64,000 nt of DNA. It comes from Candidatus Zixiibacteriota bacterium (GTDB taxonomy: Bacteria; RBG-13-66-14; B26-G2; WVWN01). Shown one piece after another: positions 1 through 9,597 of the stretch. Numbering within the stretch: the first letter of the stretch is position 1; each line of letters begins with the position of its first letter. The notes under the pieces are model-generated. The model searched no databases. It saw nothing but the letters and a program-made list of their open reading frames with translations, and was not told the DNA's origin. The stretch lies in assembly GCA_050117845.1 (NCBI GenBank), contig JASFLY010000008.1:1-64000 (forward strand). The letters run 5' to 3'. Made by a program: the position numbers and the translations under genes.

Positions 1-228
1 GTAGCCCCAGGGAGACATCACGCTTCCGTAAACGCTACCCGTTTCCGCGTCCAGGCGGTAAATGTTATACGGGCTGGAGTTGCAATATACCCAAAGGTCG
101 CCGCTGGAGCCGCCGTGGGCCAGCGCTATGGGGTAGCCGGCCGGCGCGGCGTAACTCTTTACTACGACGCCGAAGTCCCCATAGGCGGCGGCCGCCGCCA
201 GGAGACATGCGCACGTTATTTTAAACAT
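1..228 (-). CDS. Secreted protein, N-terminal part (runs off window edge)
   Basis: Manual translation from ATG 228: MFKITCACLLAAAAAYGDFGVVVKSYAAPAGYPIALAHGG..., preceded by GGAGG. It has a signal peptide, and its mature start resembles that of 7969..8793. Confidence 0.7.
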   Translation of the reverse strand, partial: MFKITCACLLAAAAAYGDFGVVVKSYAAPAGYPIALAHGGSSGDLWVYCNSSPYNIYRLDAETGSVYGSVMSPWGY

Positions 229-487
229 ACCTTACCTCCCAATGAAAGACGGACCTTATGTAAAGTTACCCTCAACCGTCTTACCTTCTAATTATACCAC
301 CGCCGCGCCGGATTGGCAAGGATTGCGGCGTAGCGGCGTGAGTAAAACTGACCCCGGAAGGCGGGCCTGATACGCGCCGACCCGGCCTCCGACGCCGAGG
401 AACTTCGCCGCAAGGGACCTTGACCGGCCCCGGTTAATATGCTATTCCTAAGTTGTCGCGTGGAAACGAGAGGGTTTTGGAATAAAT

Positions 488-892
488 ATGAAATTAAAAC
501 GTATCGTACTCGCGGGCCTCGTCCTCGTCCTCGGGGCCGCCGTTCTCGCCTGTTTCGGCGGGCCGTCGGTGATCGGCCCCGACCTGGAGGTCTCCATAGT
601 GCCGGAGGAGGTCGAGGTCCGGGGGAGGGGCCTGGTGGTCGAGGATTACCGCGTCGAAAGCGGCTTCCTGTTCACCTACATCATCGGGACGATGGCGAAC
701 AATTCGGACGTCGAGTACGATTTCGTCTATATAGAGTTCAACCTCTACGACGAGACCGGCGCGTTGGTCGACAACGCCGGCGACGGCATAGATAACTTCG
801 AACCCCACAGCAAATGGGAGTTCGAGGTCATGGTCTGGGAAGACCGGGCGACGAAAGCGAAGCTAAAATCCATCCACGGCCATAGTTATTGA
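488..892 (+). CDS. FxLYD domain-containing exported or membrane-anchored protein
   Basis: Hydrophobic N-terminus ending in LAC; 'IIGTMANNS...IEFNLYDETGALVD...FEPHSKWEF' matches the FxLYD pattern. Confidence 0.85.
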   Translation: MKLKRIVLAGLVLVLGAAVLACFGGPSVIGPDLEVSIVPEEVEVRGRGLVVEDYRVESGFLFTYIIGTMANNSDVEYDFVYIEFNLYDETGALVDNAGDGIDNFEPHSKWEFEVMVWEDRATKAKLKSIHGHSY

Positions 893-942
893 TCGAGGGG
901 AGGCCGGACGCTCGACGTCGCGTAGCCGTTATGCCATCCTCT

Positions 943-1410
943 ATGCCGAAACGCCGGGCCGCCGCGGCCCGGAAGGTAAAAAGCGCCGTCCTCGCGGCCC
1001 TGGGCCTTGCGCTCGGCTTCGCCGTCGTCGCGTGCATGGGAACGCGGATGGACGGGTGGGTGGCCGACCCGGAACTCAAACTCGCCCCGGGCGAAAAGGC
1101 GGCCGCGGTGGAGGAACCGCCTCGGAGCGGCCTGGTCGTTCAATACTGGGAATGGCAGGCCTAACCGTCATTATTCTCCGGCGATAATTCCATCGTCGGG
1201 ATCGTGGTGAATAATACGGATTACGAGACGTCCTGGGTTTTTATCGAATTTAACCTTTACGACGATTCCGGCCTGCTTGTCGATAACACCTGCGACGCCG
1301 TCGAGAACCTGGAGCCCCATACCCGGTGGAATTTCGAGGCTTTGGTTTCGGAGGGCCGGGCGGCGAAGGCCAAGCTGAAGAAAATGTACGGTTATTATCA
1401 GGATAAATAG
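943..1410 (+). pseudogene. Second FxLYD paralog interrupted by an in-frame TAA (1162-1164)
   Basis: ORFs 889..1164 and 1204..1410 are in the same frame. Read-through gives ...GLVVQYWEWQA*PSLFSGDNSIVGIVVNNTDYETSWVFIEFNLYDDSG..., colinear with 488..892. Confidence 0.75.
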
Positions 1411-1438
1411 AACTCGTCGTATGCACAACCGCACAAAA

Positions 1439-1463
1439 AAAGCCGCCCCCGAGGGGGCGGCTT
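1439..1463. terminator. Intrinsic terminator-like hairpin
   Basis: aagccgccccc-ga-gggggcggctt with an A-run on its 5' side. Confidence 0.6.
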
Positions 1464-1490
1464 CGTTATCCGTGGCCGCCTCCCCCGCCC

Positions 1491-1520
1491 TTGAAAAAAA
1501 CACCCTCTTTATGCTATATT
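1491..1520 (+). promoter_or_regulatory. Sigma70-type promoter upstream of the activase gene
   Basis: TTGAAA-18 nt-TATATT with an extended -10 TG. Confidence 0.55.
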
Positions 1521-1653
1521 ACTTGCCCATATATCCGGCGGGCCGGCCGGCCCCCCGGTAGCAATACGTCATTAACGAACGCGGTATCGGGACGGGCGAT
1601 AGGCCCCGGGGCCCTCGTTCTCTCCCCGCTCGTCCCCCGATAGGAGAGTATAT

Positions 1654-4600
1654 ATGCATCTCGGCGCCGATATAGGTTCCGTCAGCGTGAACCTGGTCCT
1701 GTTGGACGACGATTACAACGTCGTCGAGAACCACTACATCCGGCATCGCGGCCAACCCATAAAGGCCCTGGCCGAAGGCATCGACGACGTACTTACAAAG
1801 TACCGGGCGGAAAGCGTCGAGTCGCTCGCCGTAACCGGCTCGGGCGGCAAGCTGGCCGGAGATATCTCCGGCGCGGCCTTCGTCAACGAGATAGTCGCCC
1901 AGACCGCCGCCGTGGGCCGGCTCTACCCGAACGTCCACACCGTCGTCGAGATAGGCGGCCAGGACTCCAAGCTCATCATCCTCGGCGAGGACGAGAAGAC
2001 GGGCAGGACGGTTATACGCGACTTCGCGATGAACACGATTTGCGCGGCCGGGACCGGCTCCTTCCTGGACCAGCAGGCCAGCCGCCTCGGCCTCACCGTC
2101 GAGGAGCTGGGCGACCTGGCCCTCAAGTCCGAGCATCCGCCCCGCATCGCCGGCCGCTGTTCGGTCTTCGCCAAGTCGGACATGATCCACCTCCAGCAGG
2201 AGGGCGCGCCCGACTACGACATCGTCGCCGGCCTGTGCTTCGCCATGGCCCGAAACTTCAAGGCAACCATCGCCAAGGGCAAGGACTTCCGCCTGGACTA
2301 CTGCTTCATGGGCGGCGTCGCGGCCAACCGCGGCATGGTTCGGGCCTTCACCGAGGTCCTAGGGCTGGACGCGGGCGAACTCGTCATCCCGGAGCACTTC
2401 GCGTCCATGGGCGCCATCGGCGCCGTACTCACGGCGGCCGAGCTGGGCGAACTCGTCCCCTTCGCCGGGACGCAGGCTTTCTACGATTACCTCGCCGGCG
2501 GCCACGACGAGGAGGAGGGCCACGACGCGTTGGTCCTGCGTGACGCCCACCGCGTACCCAAGGCCGAGGCCAAACTGCCGGAGGGCGGCGAGAAGATAGA
2601 CTGCTTCCTCGGCATCGACGTGGGCTCGCTCTCCACCAACGTCGTCGCGATGGACGAGAACTACAACATCCTCTCCAAGCGCTACTTGATGACGGCGGGC
2701 CGGCCTATAGAGGCCATCCGGCGCGGCCTGGCCGAAGTGGGCGAGGAGGTCGCGGACCGCGTTATTGTCCGGGGCGTCGGGACCACCGGCTCCGGCCGCT
2801 ACCTGACCGGCGACTTCGTCGGCGCGGACGTCGTCAAGAACGAGATAACGGCCCAGGCCACCGCCGCGGCCTATATCAATAAAGACGTCGACACCGTCTT
2901 CGAAATCGGCGGCCAGGACTCCAAGTACATCGCGTTGGACGGCGGCGCCATCGTCGACTTCGAGATGAATAAGGTCTGCGCCGCCGGCACCGGCTCCTTC
3001 ATCGAGGAGCAGAGCGAGCGGCTGGGCGTAAACATCAAACAGGAATTCGCCGAACTGGCGCTCTCCTCCGAAGCGCCGTGCCGGCTGGGCGAGCGCTGCA
3101 CCGTCTTCATGGAGACGGACATCCTGAGCCACCAGCAGAAGGGCGCGCCCCGCGAGGACCTAAGCGCGGGCCTCAGCTACTCCATCGTCCTTAACTACCT
3201 CAACCGCGTCGTGCAGGAGAAGCGCGTCGGCGACAACATCTTCTTCCAGGGCGGCGTGGCGTTCAACAACGGCGTCGTGGCCGCGTTCGAGCAGGTCACC
3301 GGCAAGCCCGTAACCGTCCCCGACCACCACGAGGTCACCGGCGCCTGGGGCATGGCCATGCTCGCCCGCGAGGAGTGGGACGGCGAATCGGAAAGCAAGT
3401 TCAAGGGCTGGGACCTCTCCCGCAAGAAGTACGAGCAGACCTCCTTCGAGTGCCAGGACTGCTCCAACCAGTGCGAGATAAAGGTCGTCACCGTCGAGGG
3501 CGAGGACCCGCTGTACTACGGCTCCCGTTGCGAGAAGTACGACGTCGAGCGCAAGAAGTCGCACAAGCGCGGCGAGGACCTGCCGAACCTCTTCGCCGAA
3601 CGCGAACGGCTGCTGGCCCGCGACTACACGTCGGCGAAGCCGGCCGAGGGCGCCAAGCGCGTGGGCCTGCCGCGGATGCTCTTCGTCCACGAGATGCTGC
3701 CCTTCTTCAAGACCTTCCTGGCCGAGATGGGCTTCGAGGTCGTCCTGTCCGACTACACCACCAAGAACATCATCCACGACGGCGTCGAGGCCGTCGCTTC
3801 CGAGTGCTGCTTCCCGGTGAAGGTGGCCCACGGCCACGTTATCAACCTCCTCAAAAAGGGCGTCGACGCGGTATTCATGCCGTCGGCCATATCGCTCGAG
3901 AAGCAGAACGCGCTCACCGACAAGTCGTTCACCTGCCCGTACGTCCAGACCTCGCCCTACGTCATCGCCTCCGCGCTGGACCTCGAGTCGAAAGAGATGC
4001 CGATTCTCGTTCCCAAACTCTTCTTCGAGCGGGGGGACGCGGCGCTCGTGAACGCGCTCTACGAATCGCTCAAGCCGATGGGCGTGAAGAAGGGCGACGT
4101 GCGGCGCGCCTACCAGGCCGCCCGGAGCGCCCAGAACGAGTTCTACGCCCAGATAAAAACCCGCGGCATCCAGGTCCTGGAGTCGCTGGGTAAGGACGAC
4201 AACGCCGTCGTCATCATAGGCCGGCCCTACAACACCTGCGACGGCGGCATCAACCTCGAAATGCCCAAGAAGTTCCGCGACCTGGGGACGCTCGCCATCC
4301 CCATGGACTTTTTGCCCGTGGAGGAAGTGGAGCTCTCGCACGAGTGGGACAACATGTACTGGAAGTACGGCCAGAAGATCCTCTCGGCCGTCGAGATAGT
4401 GCGCAAGGACCCGCGGCTCCACGGCGTCTATATCACCAACTTCGGCTGCGGGCCGGACTCGTTCCTTCTCAAATTCTTCCGCGTCAAGATGGGCGGCAAG
4501 CCTTTCCTCCAGCTCGAGATAGACGAGCACTCGGCGGACGCCGGCGCCATCACGCGGGCCGAGGCCTTCCTGGACAGCATCAAGAACTTCCGCGATAAGC

Positions 4601-5856
4601 AGGCCGCCACGGTGCAAATCCGGCAGGTGTCGCTGGCGCAGGACAACAAGAACCGCGTCATATACATCCCTCGGATGTGCGACCACGCCTACGCCGTGCG
4701 CGCGGCGTTCGAGGCCGTGGGCGTCCCGGCGGTCGTCATGGACGAGCCCGACGACGAGACGCTGGTCTGGGGCCGCAAGTTCACCTCCGGTAAGGAATGC
4801 TACCCCTGCATCGTCACCACCGGCGACATGGTGAAGTACGCCAAGAAGCCGGACTTCGACGCCGACCGGACCATATTCTTCATGCCCGCCGGCTCGGGGC
4901 CCTGCCGCTTCGGCCAGTACAACATGCTCCACCGCATCGTCCTCGCCGAACTCGGCATGGGCGACGTGCCGGTCTTCAGTCCCAACCAGGGCAAGTCGCT
5001 CTACAACGACCTCGGCATCGTCGGCAACGAGTTCACGCGCCGGGCGTGGTGGGGCGTCGTCGCCATCGACATGCTCGAAAAGCTCCTGCTCCAGACGCGG
5101 CCTTACGAGGTCGAGGCCGGCGAGGCCGAACGGGCATACTGGAAGTACCTGACGAAGGTCTGCGACAGCATCGTGAAGGACGGCGAACTCGACGCCGTGG
5201 TCGATATCTGCCGGGAGGCCGCGGCCGAGTGGCCCTCCATCGCCACCCGCGACGAACCCCGGCCCATCATCGGCATCGTCGGCGAGATCTACGTCCGCTC
5301 CAACCGCTTCTCGAACAGCGACTTCGTCGGCCAGGTGGAGGAGCTGGGCGGCGAGGCCTACCTGCCGCCCATCTCGGAGTGGTTCTGGTACACCAACTGG
5401 ACCCGCCACCGCGACTGCAAGATCCGCGGCGACTACTCCCGCCGGGCCCTCAGCCTAATCACGCAGAAGATCCAGAAGGGCGACTACGGCAAGATATCGA
5501 GCGTCTTCAACGGCCTCGTGCGCAACTGGCCCGAGCCCGAGATAGACGACACCATCCGCATGGGCTCACGCTACGTCCACGACACCTTCGAGGGGGAGGC
5601 CATCCTCTCGGTGGGCAAGGCCGCGGAGTACGTCGAGCACGGCGCCCACGGCGTCGCGAACCTGATGCCGTTCACGTGCATGCCGGGGGTCATCGTCTCG
5701 GCGCTGCTTAAGCGCGTGCAGGCCGACTACGACAACGTCCCCATCCTCAACATGTCCTACGACGGCCTGGAGTCCGCGACCACCCGCACCCGCATCGAGG
5801 CCTTCATGCACCAGGCCCGCCAGCGCCTGGAGGTCGCCCTCGCGGCGAAGCGCTGA
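1654..5856 (+). CDS. CoA-substrate-specific enzyme activase fusion (two BadF/BadG/BcrA/BcrD ATPase domains plus DUF2229-type region)
   Basis: Two ASKHA domains (GADIGSVS/GIDVGSLS, EIGGQDSK twice, CAAGTGSF twice, CSVF/CTVF); CxxCxNxC linker; CFPVKVAHGH, FGCGPDSF, ECYP, GPCRFGQY and PFTCMP motifs; GGAG RBS. Confidence 0.9.
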   Translation: MHLGADIGSVSVNLVLLDDDYNVVENHYIRHRGQPIKALAEGIDDVLTKYRAESVESLAVTGSGGKLAGDISGAAFVNEIVAQTAAVGRLYPNVHTVVEIGGQDSKLIILGEDEKTGRTVIRDFAMNTICAAGTGSFLDQQASRLGLTVEELGDLALKSEHPPRIAGRCSVFAKSDMIHLQQEGAPDYDIVAGLCFAMARNFKATIAKGKDFRLDYCFMGGVAANRGMVRAFTEVLGLDAGELVIPEHFASMGAIGAVLTAAELGELVPFAGTQAFYDYLAGGHDEEEGHDALVLRDAHRVPKAEAKLPEGGEKIDCFLGIDVGSLSTNVVAMDENYNILSKRYLMTAGRPIEAIRRGLAEVGEEVADRVIVRGVGTTGSGRYLTGDFVGADVVKNEITAQATAAAYINKDVDTVFEIGGQDSKYIALDGGAIVDFEMNKVCAAGTGSFIEEQSERLGVNIKQEFAELALSSEAPCRLGERCTVFMETDILSHQQKGAPREDLSAGLSYSIVLNYLNRVVQEKRVGDNIFFQGGVAFNNGVVAAFEQVTGKPVTVPDHHEVTGAWGMAMLAREEWDGESESKFKGWDLSRKKYEQTSFECQDCSNQCEIKVVTVEGEDPLYYGSRCEKYDVERKKSHKRGEDLPNLFAERERLLARDYTSAKPAEGAKRVGLPRMLFVHEMLPFFKTFLAEMGFEVVLSDYTTKNIIHDGVEAVASECCFPVKVAHGHVINLLKKGVDAVFMPSAISLEKQNALTDKSFTCPYVQTSPYVIASALDLESKEMPILVPKLFFERGDAALVNALYESLKPMGVKKGDVRRAYQAARSAQNEFYAQIKTRGIQVLESLGKDDNAVVIIGRPYNTCDGGINLEMPKKFRDLGTLAIPMDFLPVEEVELSHEWDNMYWKYGQKILSAVEIVRKDPRLHGVYITNFGCGPDSFLLKFFRVKMGGKPFLQLEIDEHSADAGAITRAEAFLDSIKNFRDKQAATVQIRQVSLAQDNKNRVIYIPRMCDHAYAVRAAFEAVGVPAVVMDEPDDETLVWGRKFTSGKECYPCIVTTGDMVKYAKKPDFDADRTIFFMPAGSGPCRFGQYNMLHRIVLAELGMGDVPVFSPNQGKSLYNDLGIVGNEFTRRAWWGVVAIDMLEKLLLQTRPYEVEAGEAERAYWKYLTKVCDSIVKDGELDAVVDICREAAAEWPSIATRDEPRPIIGIVGEIYVRSNRFSNSDFVGQVEELGGEAYLPPISEWFWYTNWTRHRDCKIRGDYSRRALSLITQKIQKGDYGKISSVFNGLVRNWPEPEIDDTIRMGSRYVHDTFEGEAILSVGKAAEYVEHGAHGVANLMPFTCMPGVIVSALLKRVQADYDNVPILNMSYDGLESATTRTRIEAFMHQARQRLEVALAAKR

Positions 5857-5858
5857 GA

Positions 5859-5930
5859 CAGCGGGCTTAAGCCCGCTGCCTTAAACGGTTTCCATGAACG
5901 TGAAATGTAGGGGCCGGTCTTCAGACCGGT
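5859..5930. repeat. REP-like palindrome pair
   Basis: cagcgggcTTAAgcccgctg (similar copy at 11249-11272) and GTAGGGGCCGGTCttcaGACCGG (similar copy near 19648). Confidence 0.7.
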
Positions 5931-6294
5931 GCTCACGGATAAAGGTAAGACATCAGCCCGTAAACGGGAATTGGGAAACGCAGGAGGTATCGGGATAGCG
6001 GTCGTTACTTTTAGTATTCTAGGCGAAGAGATATTTAAGGACGAAAAGGCAGGTATATTTAACCCCGCGTTGGATGAGTACGTGATAACGGGGCACGGGG
6101 TGGGATACCCGCACGTCCTAGAAGTCGCTACACCTGCGGAATTCAAGGCGGTTTTTATTGTCCCGACTGAGGACGGGGAAATCGAATACGTTATTATCGG
6201 GTTTTTTACGAACCTAAATTTTAATATCGAAGTAGGTGAACCAATTACGTTCACTTACGAATTTCGTGGCGTAAGAAGCGAGAATGACGGATAA
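5929..6294 (+). CDS. Hypothetical protein in AT-rich segment; start uncertain
   Basis: 121-aa ORF overlapping the start of the next gene; no recognisable motif. Confidence 0.45.
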   Translation: MLTDKGKTSARKRELGNAGGIGIAVVTFSILGEEIFKDEKAGIFNPALDEYVITGHGVGYPHVLEVATPAEFKAVFIVPTEDGEIEYVIIGFFTNLNFNIEVGEPITFTYEFRGVRSENDG

Positions 6295-7144
6295 AGAGAT
6301 AGAGTGGATTGTTAAAATCGAAAATGCGGTAGTTGCTTTAGGCAGTTACGACTCAGAATATAATACGATTTGGGAGGCGACGGGTTTTTTAGTCGGATAC
6401 CCTTCAGGAGGTGATTTTAATAAACCCGGAAAATCGTACCAAGGTTTTCTGGTTACGTGCAAACACGTATTTAAAGGAAAAAAAGAAATTGTAGTTTTAT
6501 TTAACGCGAAAGATACCGGGAAAAGACAGGAATTAGTTTTGAAGTTGTTAACTGAAGCGGGGGATAAAGAGGTTTGGCATAAACACGACAACGCTGAAAT
6601 CGATGTCGCCGTTCTACCTATTTTCGGGCCAACGTTATACGAAGCCGGCGTAGATTTCTCGGCGATACACGTAGACGAATTAACGTACACTATGGGTGGG
6701 GCAGAGAGCGATTCCGTAAACCCCGGGGATTACGTGTATATGTTAGGTTTTACAACGGATACCGTCGGGCATAAGCGGAAAACAGTGATATATAAATCGG
6801 GCATCGTTTCTACGCTACCTGAGGATGTAGAAGGTGCCCCACCATTTTTTTTCGTCGATATTCCTGTTTTCCCCGGCGGTAGCGGTAGCGCGATTATTAC
6901 TAATCCTGGTTTAAATTGGGTAAGCAATACGCGGAAAAGCACTATTAACAAAGTAATTGGTTTAGCGTCTAGGGCTGTGACGTATGAGGAAGTAGCGCGG
7001 AGCGACCAAGGCGAAAAGAAGGCGAGAGTTGTTTTTATTGAAAATCAGGGATTAACTTACGTATACCCTTCTAAATATATAATCGAGATCATCGAACAGG
7101 GTTTTTTTAAGAAGAATCGTAGGACGATTAACCCTTCTTCTTGA
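6284..7144 (+). CDS. Trypsin-like serine protease, no signal peptide
   Basis: ATGFLV, LVTCKHV (His), IDVAVL (Asp) and FPGGSGS (Ser); AT-rich relative to flanks. Confidence 0.85.
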   Translation: MTDKEIEWIVKIENAVVALGSYDSEYNTIWEATGFLVGYPSGGDFNKPGKSYQGFLVTCKHVFKGKKEIVVLFNAKDTGKRQELVLKLLTEAGDKEVWHKHDNAEIDVAVLPIFGPTLYEAGVDFSAIHVDELTYTMGGAESDSVNPGDYVYMLGFTTDTVGHKRKTVIYKSGIVSTLPEDVEGAPPFFFVDIPVFPGGSGSAIITNPGLNWVSNTRKSTINKVIGLASRAVTYEEVARSDQGEKKARVVFIENQGLTYVYPSKYIIEIIEQGFFKKNRRTINPSS

Positions 7145-7199
7145 AGGGAAAGCGGGTTTTCTTAAACATATAATTGCCTCGTACCGGCGCTTAGACCCG

Positions 7200-7570
7200 C
7201 CCTTTTTTAAGGTTTTAAGTAGGGCCGTACCTTCAGGTGCGGCCACGAAAATCCTCTCTTTAAAATGAGGTAGGGGCGCAACGCGTTGCGCCCCTACACG
7301 CGCCCAATATTCCCCGAAGCTAATGGCGTCCCCCATCGGGCCGACCTAAAGGTCGGCCCCTACGGTTCCGTGCCACCGGCTTCCTGCCGGCGAATCGTTG
7401 GGTAGGGGTGACCGGCCGGTCACCCCTACACGCCGCCGGTTGCGTTGATATCGAAATGTCGTGGGTAGGGGCGCAACGCGTTGCGCCCCTACGAGGTCGT
7501 CCCCGATAACCCCGTGCCGCCGGCTTTCCCGCCGGCCTATCGTTTTCACCGACAGGAATGTCGGTGCCAC
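7200..7570. repeat. REP cluster 1 (GTAG/GTGG palindromes)
   Basis: Palindromes at 7219-7246, 7270-7297, 7338-7363, 7402-7429, 7465-7492 and 7547-7570. Confidence 0.9.
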
Positions 7571-7573
7571 CCC

Positions 7574-7602
7574 TTCACATTGTCCTATTCTTCGGTTATA
7601 AT
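7574..7602 (+). promoter_or_regulatory. Sigma70-type promoter
   Basis: TTCACA-17 nt-TATAAT. Confidence 0.55.
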
Positions 7603-7651
7603 GACGGGCGGCATTGAGGGGGCGGCGCAGGGGCCGCGGAAGTTGACCGTC

Positions 7652-7912
7652 ATGGAACCTAAAACCAAGGCCGGGTTCTGGCTCGTATACGGCGCCTGGA
7701 TACCGATAATCGTCTGGCAGTCGTCGCCGAAGTGGGCTCCCCGGATATTGGGCGAACTGAGATACCGGGCGATGGTAGCGACGGGCATCGTCGACGTCGT
7801 CGGGTGGATCTGGGCCGTGGGGATGTACGCCGTCGGCTTCTACTTTTTGTTTGAACCGAAAATATTTTCGCGCATCTCGCGGTGGATACGGAACGCTCGG
7901 CGCCGGCCTTAG
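7652..7912 (+). CDS. Small 2-TM membrane protein, paralog of the N-terminus of 11438..11953
   Basis: AWIPIIVWQSSPKWAPRILGE versus AWVPIIIWQSSVEWGPALLGE. Confidence 0.7.
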   Translation: MEPKTKAGFWLVYGAWIPIIVWQSSPKWAPRILGELRYRAMVATGIVDVVGWIWAVGMYAVGFYFLFEPKIFSRISRWIRNARRRP

Positions 7913-7968
7913 TTTATCGGGGATTACGGTTAATAACGCGTACGACCGACAATAGCGGAGGTTAAAAT

Positions 7969-8793
7969 ATGCGAATAGGGATAGCGGCAATATTTATTTG
8001 CGCCGGCCTTGCGGCGAGCTGCTTCGCGGCGCCGGGCGACATTCTCTCCAACTTCTCTCTTTCCGGCAACGTCTACCCCGTGGGCGCGGCCATGTACCGC
8101 GACGGCACGTACGTCTACGGCATCTACGACGGCGGGAACGGCAGCGAGAGCGCCGAACTCCGGCGCTTCACGCCGGCGGGCAGCGTCCTCAATACGGTAA
8201 CCTTGACCGGGGCGACTGACCCCGTGGACGCCTGTCCTTCCCATGCGGGCGCCGAGTACGTCGTCGTTCTGGACGGCGGGACGCAACTCCGCGCGTACCA
8301 CGTTGCGACCGGGGCCTTCCTCGGGTCCGTGCCCATCCCGATTGCGACCGCCGACGGCCTGGCGTACCGCAACAACTATTATTACGGCTCCTACAATAAT
8401 TACGTCGTCCGGACGACGACGGAGGGGAGTATCGTCGGATCCTTCAACGCCGGGTCGGACGCCGGGACGCTGGCGGCGACGGGCAACTTCGCGGGCCAGG
8501 CCGGCGACTACGTCATAGTCAACCCCAAGTCTCAGGGGATCCACCCGACGCTCGTCTATACCGGCTCGGGGTCCCTCGTGGCCTCGTTCACCTTCAGCGG
8601 CCCCTATCCGACGATGGACTATCGCTACGGCGCCGTCGCCGGCGACGGTTACCCGTCGTCGAACGGGACGACGATGTGGGTGGTAGTGCGCGAGGATTTC
8701 ATAGTCCGCAAGGCTTATCAAGTAGACCTGGGGAACGGCGGCGCGGCGGTATCGCCGGCCTCGTTCGGCGCGGTCAAGGCCATGTACCGCTAA
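7969..8793 (+). CDS. Secreted beta-rich protein with C-terminal tag (VSPASFGAVKAMYR)
   Basis: Signal peptide, GGAGG RBS, repeated TGS[IVL][VL]xSF-like units and shared C-terminal motif. Confidence 0.8.
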   Translation: MRIGIAAIFICAGLAASCFAAPGDILSNFSLSGNVYPVGAAMYRDGTYVYGIYDGGNGSESAELRRFTPAGSVLNTVTLTGATDPVDACPSHAGAEYVVVLDGGTQLRAYHVATGAFLGSVPIPIATADGLAYRNNYYYGSYNNYVVRTTTEGSIVGSFNAGSDAGTLAATGNFAGQAGDYVIVNPKSQGIHPTLVYTGSGSLVASFTFSGPYPTMDYRYGAVAGDGYPSSNGTTMWVVVREDFIVRKAYQVDLGNGGAAVSPASFGAVKAMYR

Positions 8794-8916
8794 ATCGATT
8801 TAACTTTAACGGGCAGCAGAATTCGTCATTGGCGGTGAGCGGTCGCCGCCGTTTCGCAAATAGGTTGGCCGCCGCCGGGACACTGACCATAACCGGCGGG
8901 AGGACAGGAGGTTTTT

Positions 8917-9477
8917 ATGAGGAGAGCGGCAATTTTGGTGTTGGTATTTGCGGTGTCGGCCCAGGCGGGCCCGGGCGCAATACTGGGACAGACGGCGCTG
9001 GGCGTCGTAGGCGCGGGCGTGGGCGTTATCCCGGGCGTGATAGCGGGTGCGGTAGGTAACAACGAAGCGGTTGGCGGCGGCCTGGCCGGCGTTACGGGCG
9101 GTTTCTTTTGCGCCGGCGGAGTTTACCTCGCGGGCGAGTGGTGGGACGGCCCGAGCGCCGACCGGAGCCATTCCTTTTTAGGCTCGTTGGCGGGAGGTAT
9201 GGCCGGCGGCACGGCGGCCGCGGTTTGCTTCGGCCTCGCGGGCCGCGACGACGGCCATACGGACAAAAACGAATCCACTTGGATACCCGTGGGCCTGTTG
9301 GTACTTTTCGCCGGCACGCCGGCCTTGGCGATAACCGGGTACTATACGTTTAAGGACCCGGCCTCGTCGGAGGGCTCGTCGCACGCGCCGACCGTTACGC
9401 CGGCCATCGCGGCCTTGCCGCCGCGCGGAGGAGAAGAGAACCCCACGCTCACGTTCGGGTTCGCGGCGTCGTTTTAA
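8917..9477 (+). CDS. Gly/Ala-rich membrane protein, paralog 1
   Basis: Signal peptide, glycine-zipper-like helices, GEWWDGPS motif, C-terminus PTLTFGFAASF. Confidence 0.8.
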   Translation: MRRAAILVLVFAVSAQAGPGAILGQTALGVVGAGVGVIPGVIAGAVGNNEAVGGGLAGVTGGFFCAGGVYLAGEWWDGPSADRSHSFLGSLAGGMAGGTAAAVCFGLAGRDDGHTDKNESTWIPVGLLVLFAGTPALAITGYYTFKDPASSEGSSHAPTVTPAIAALPPRGGEENPTLTFGFAASF

Positions 9478-9597
9478 GGGATCACCGAAGGACGGATTAT
9501 CATTGGAAAACGCTGGCGGGGCTATCGTCAGGTCCCGCCGCCGGATTTACGGACCCGTTGACGCTTTCTTTGGTCGTCCGAGTGGAGGAGTTAAACA

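Noticed and set aside
3160..5409. Long antisense or alternate-frame ORFs (e.g. 3160..5409, 17453..19327, 25606..27531, 41187..42596)
   Set aside because: They are shadows of real genes in high-GC DNA, with Arg/Pro/Gly-rich translations and no motifs.
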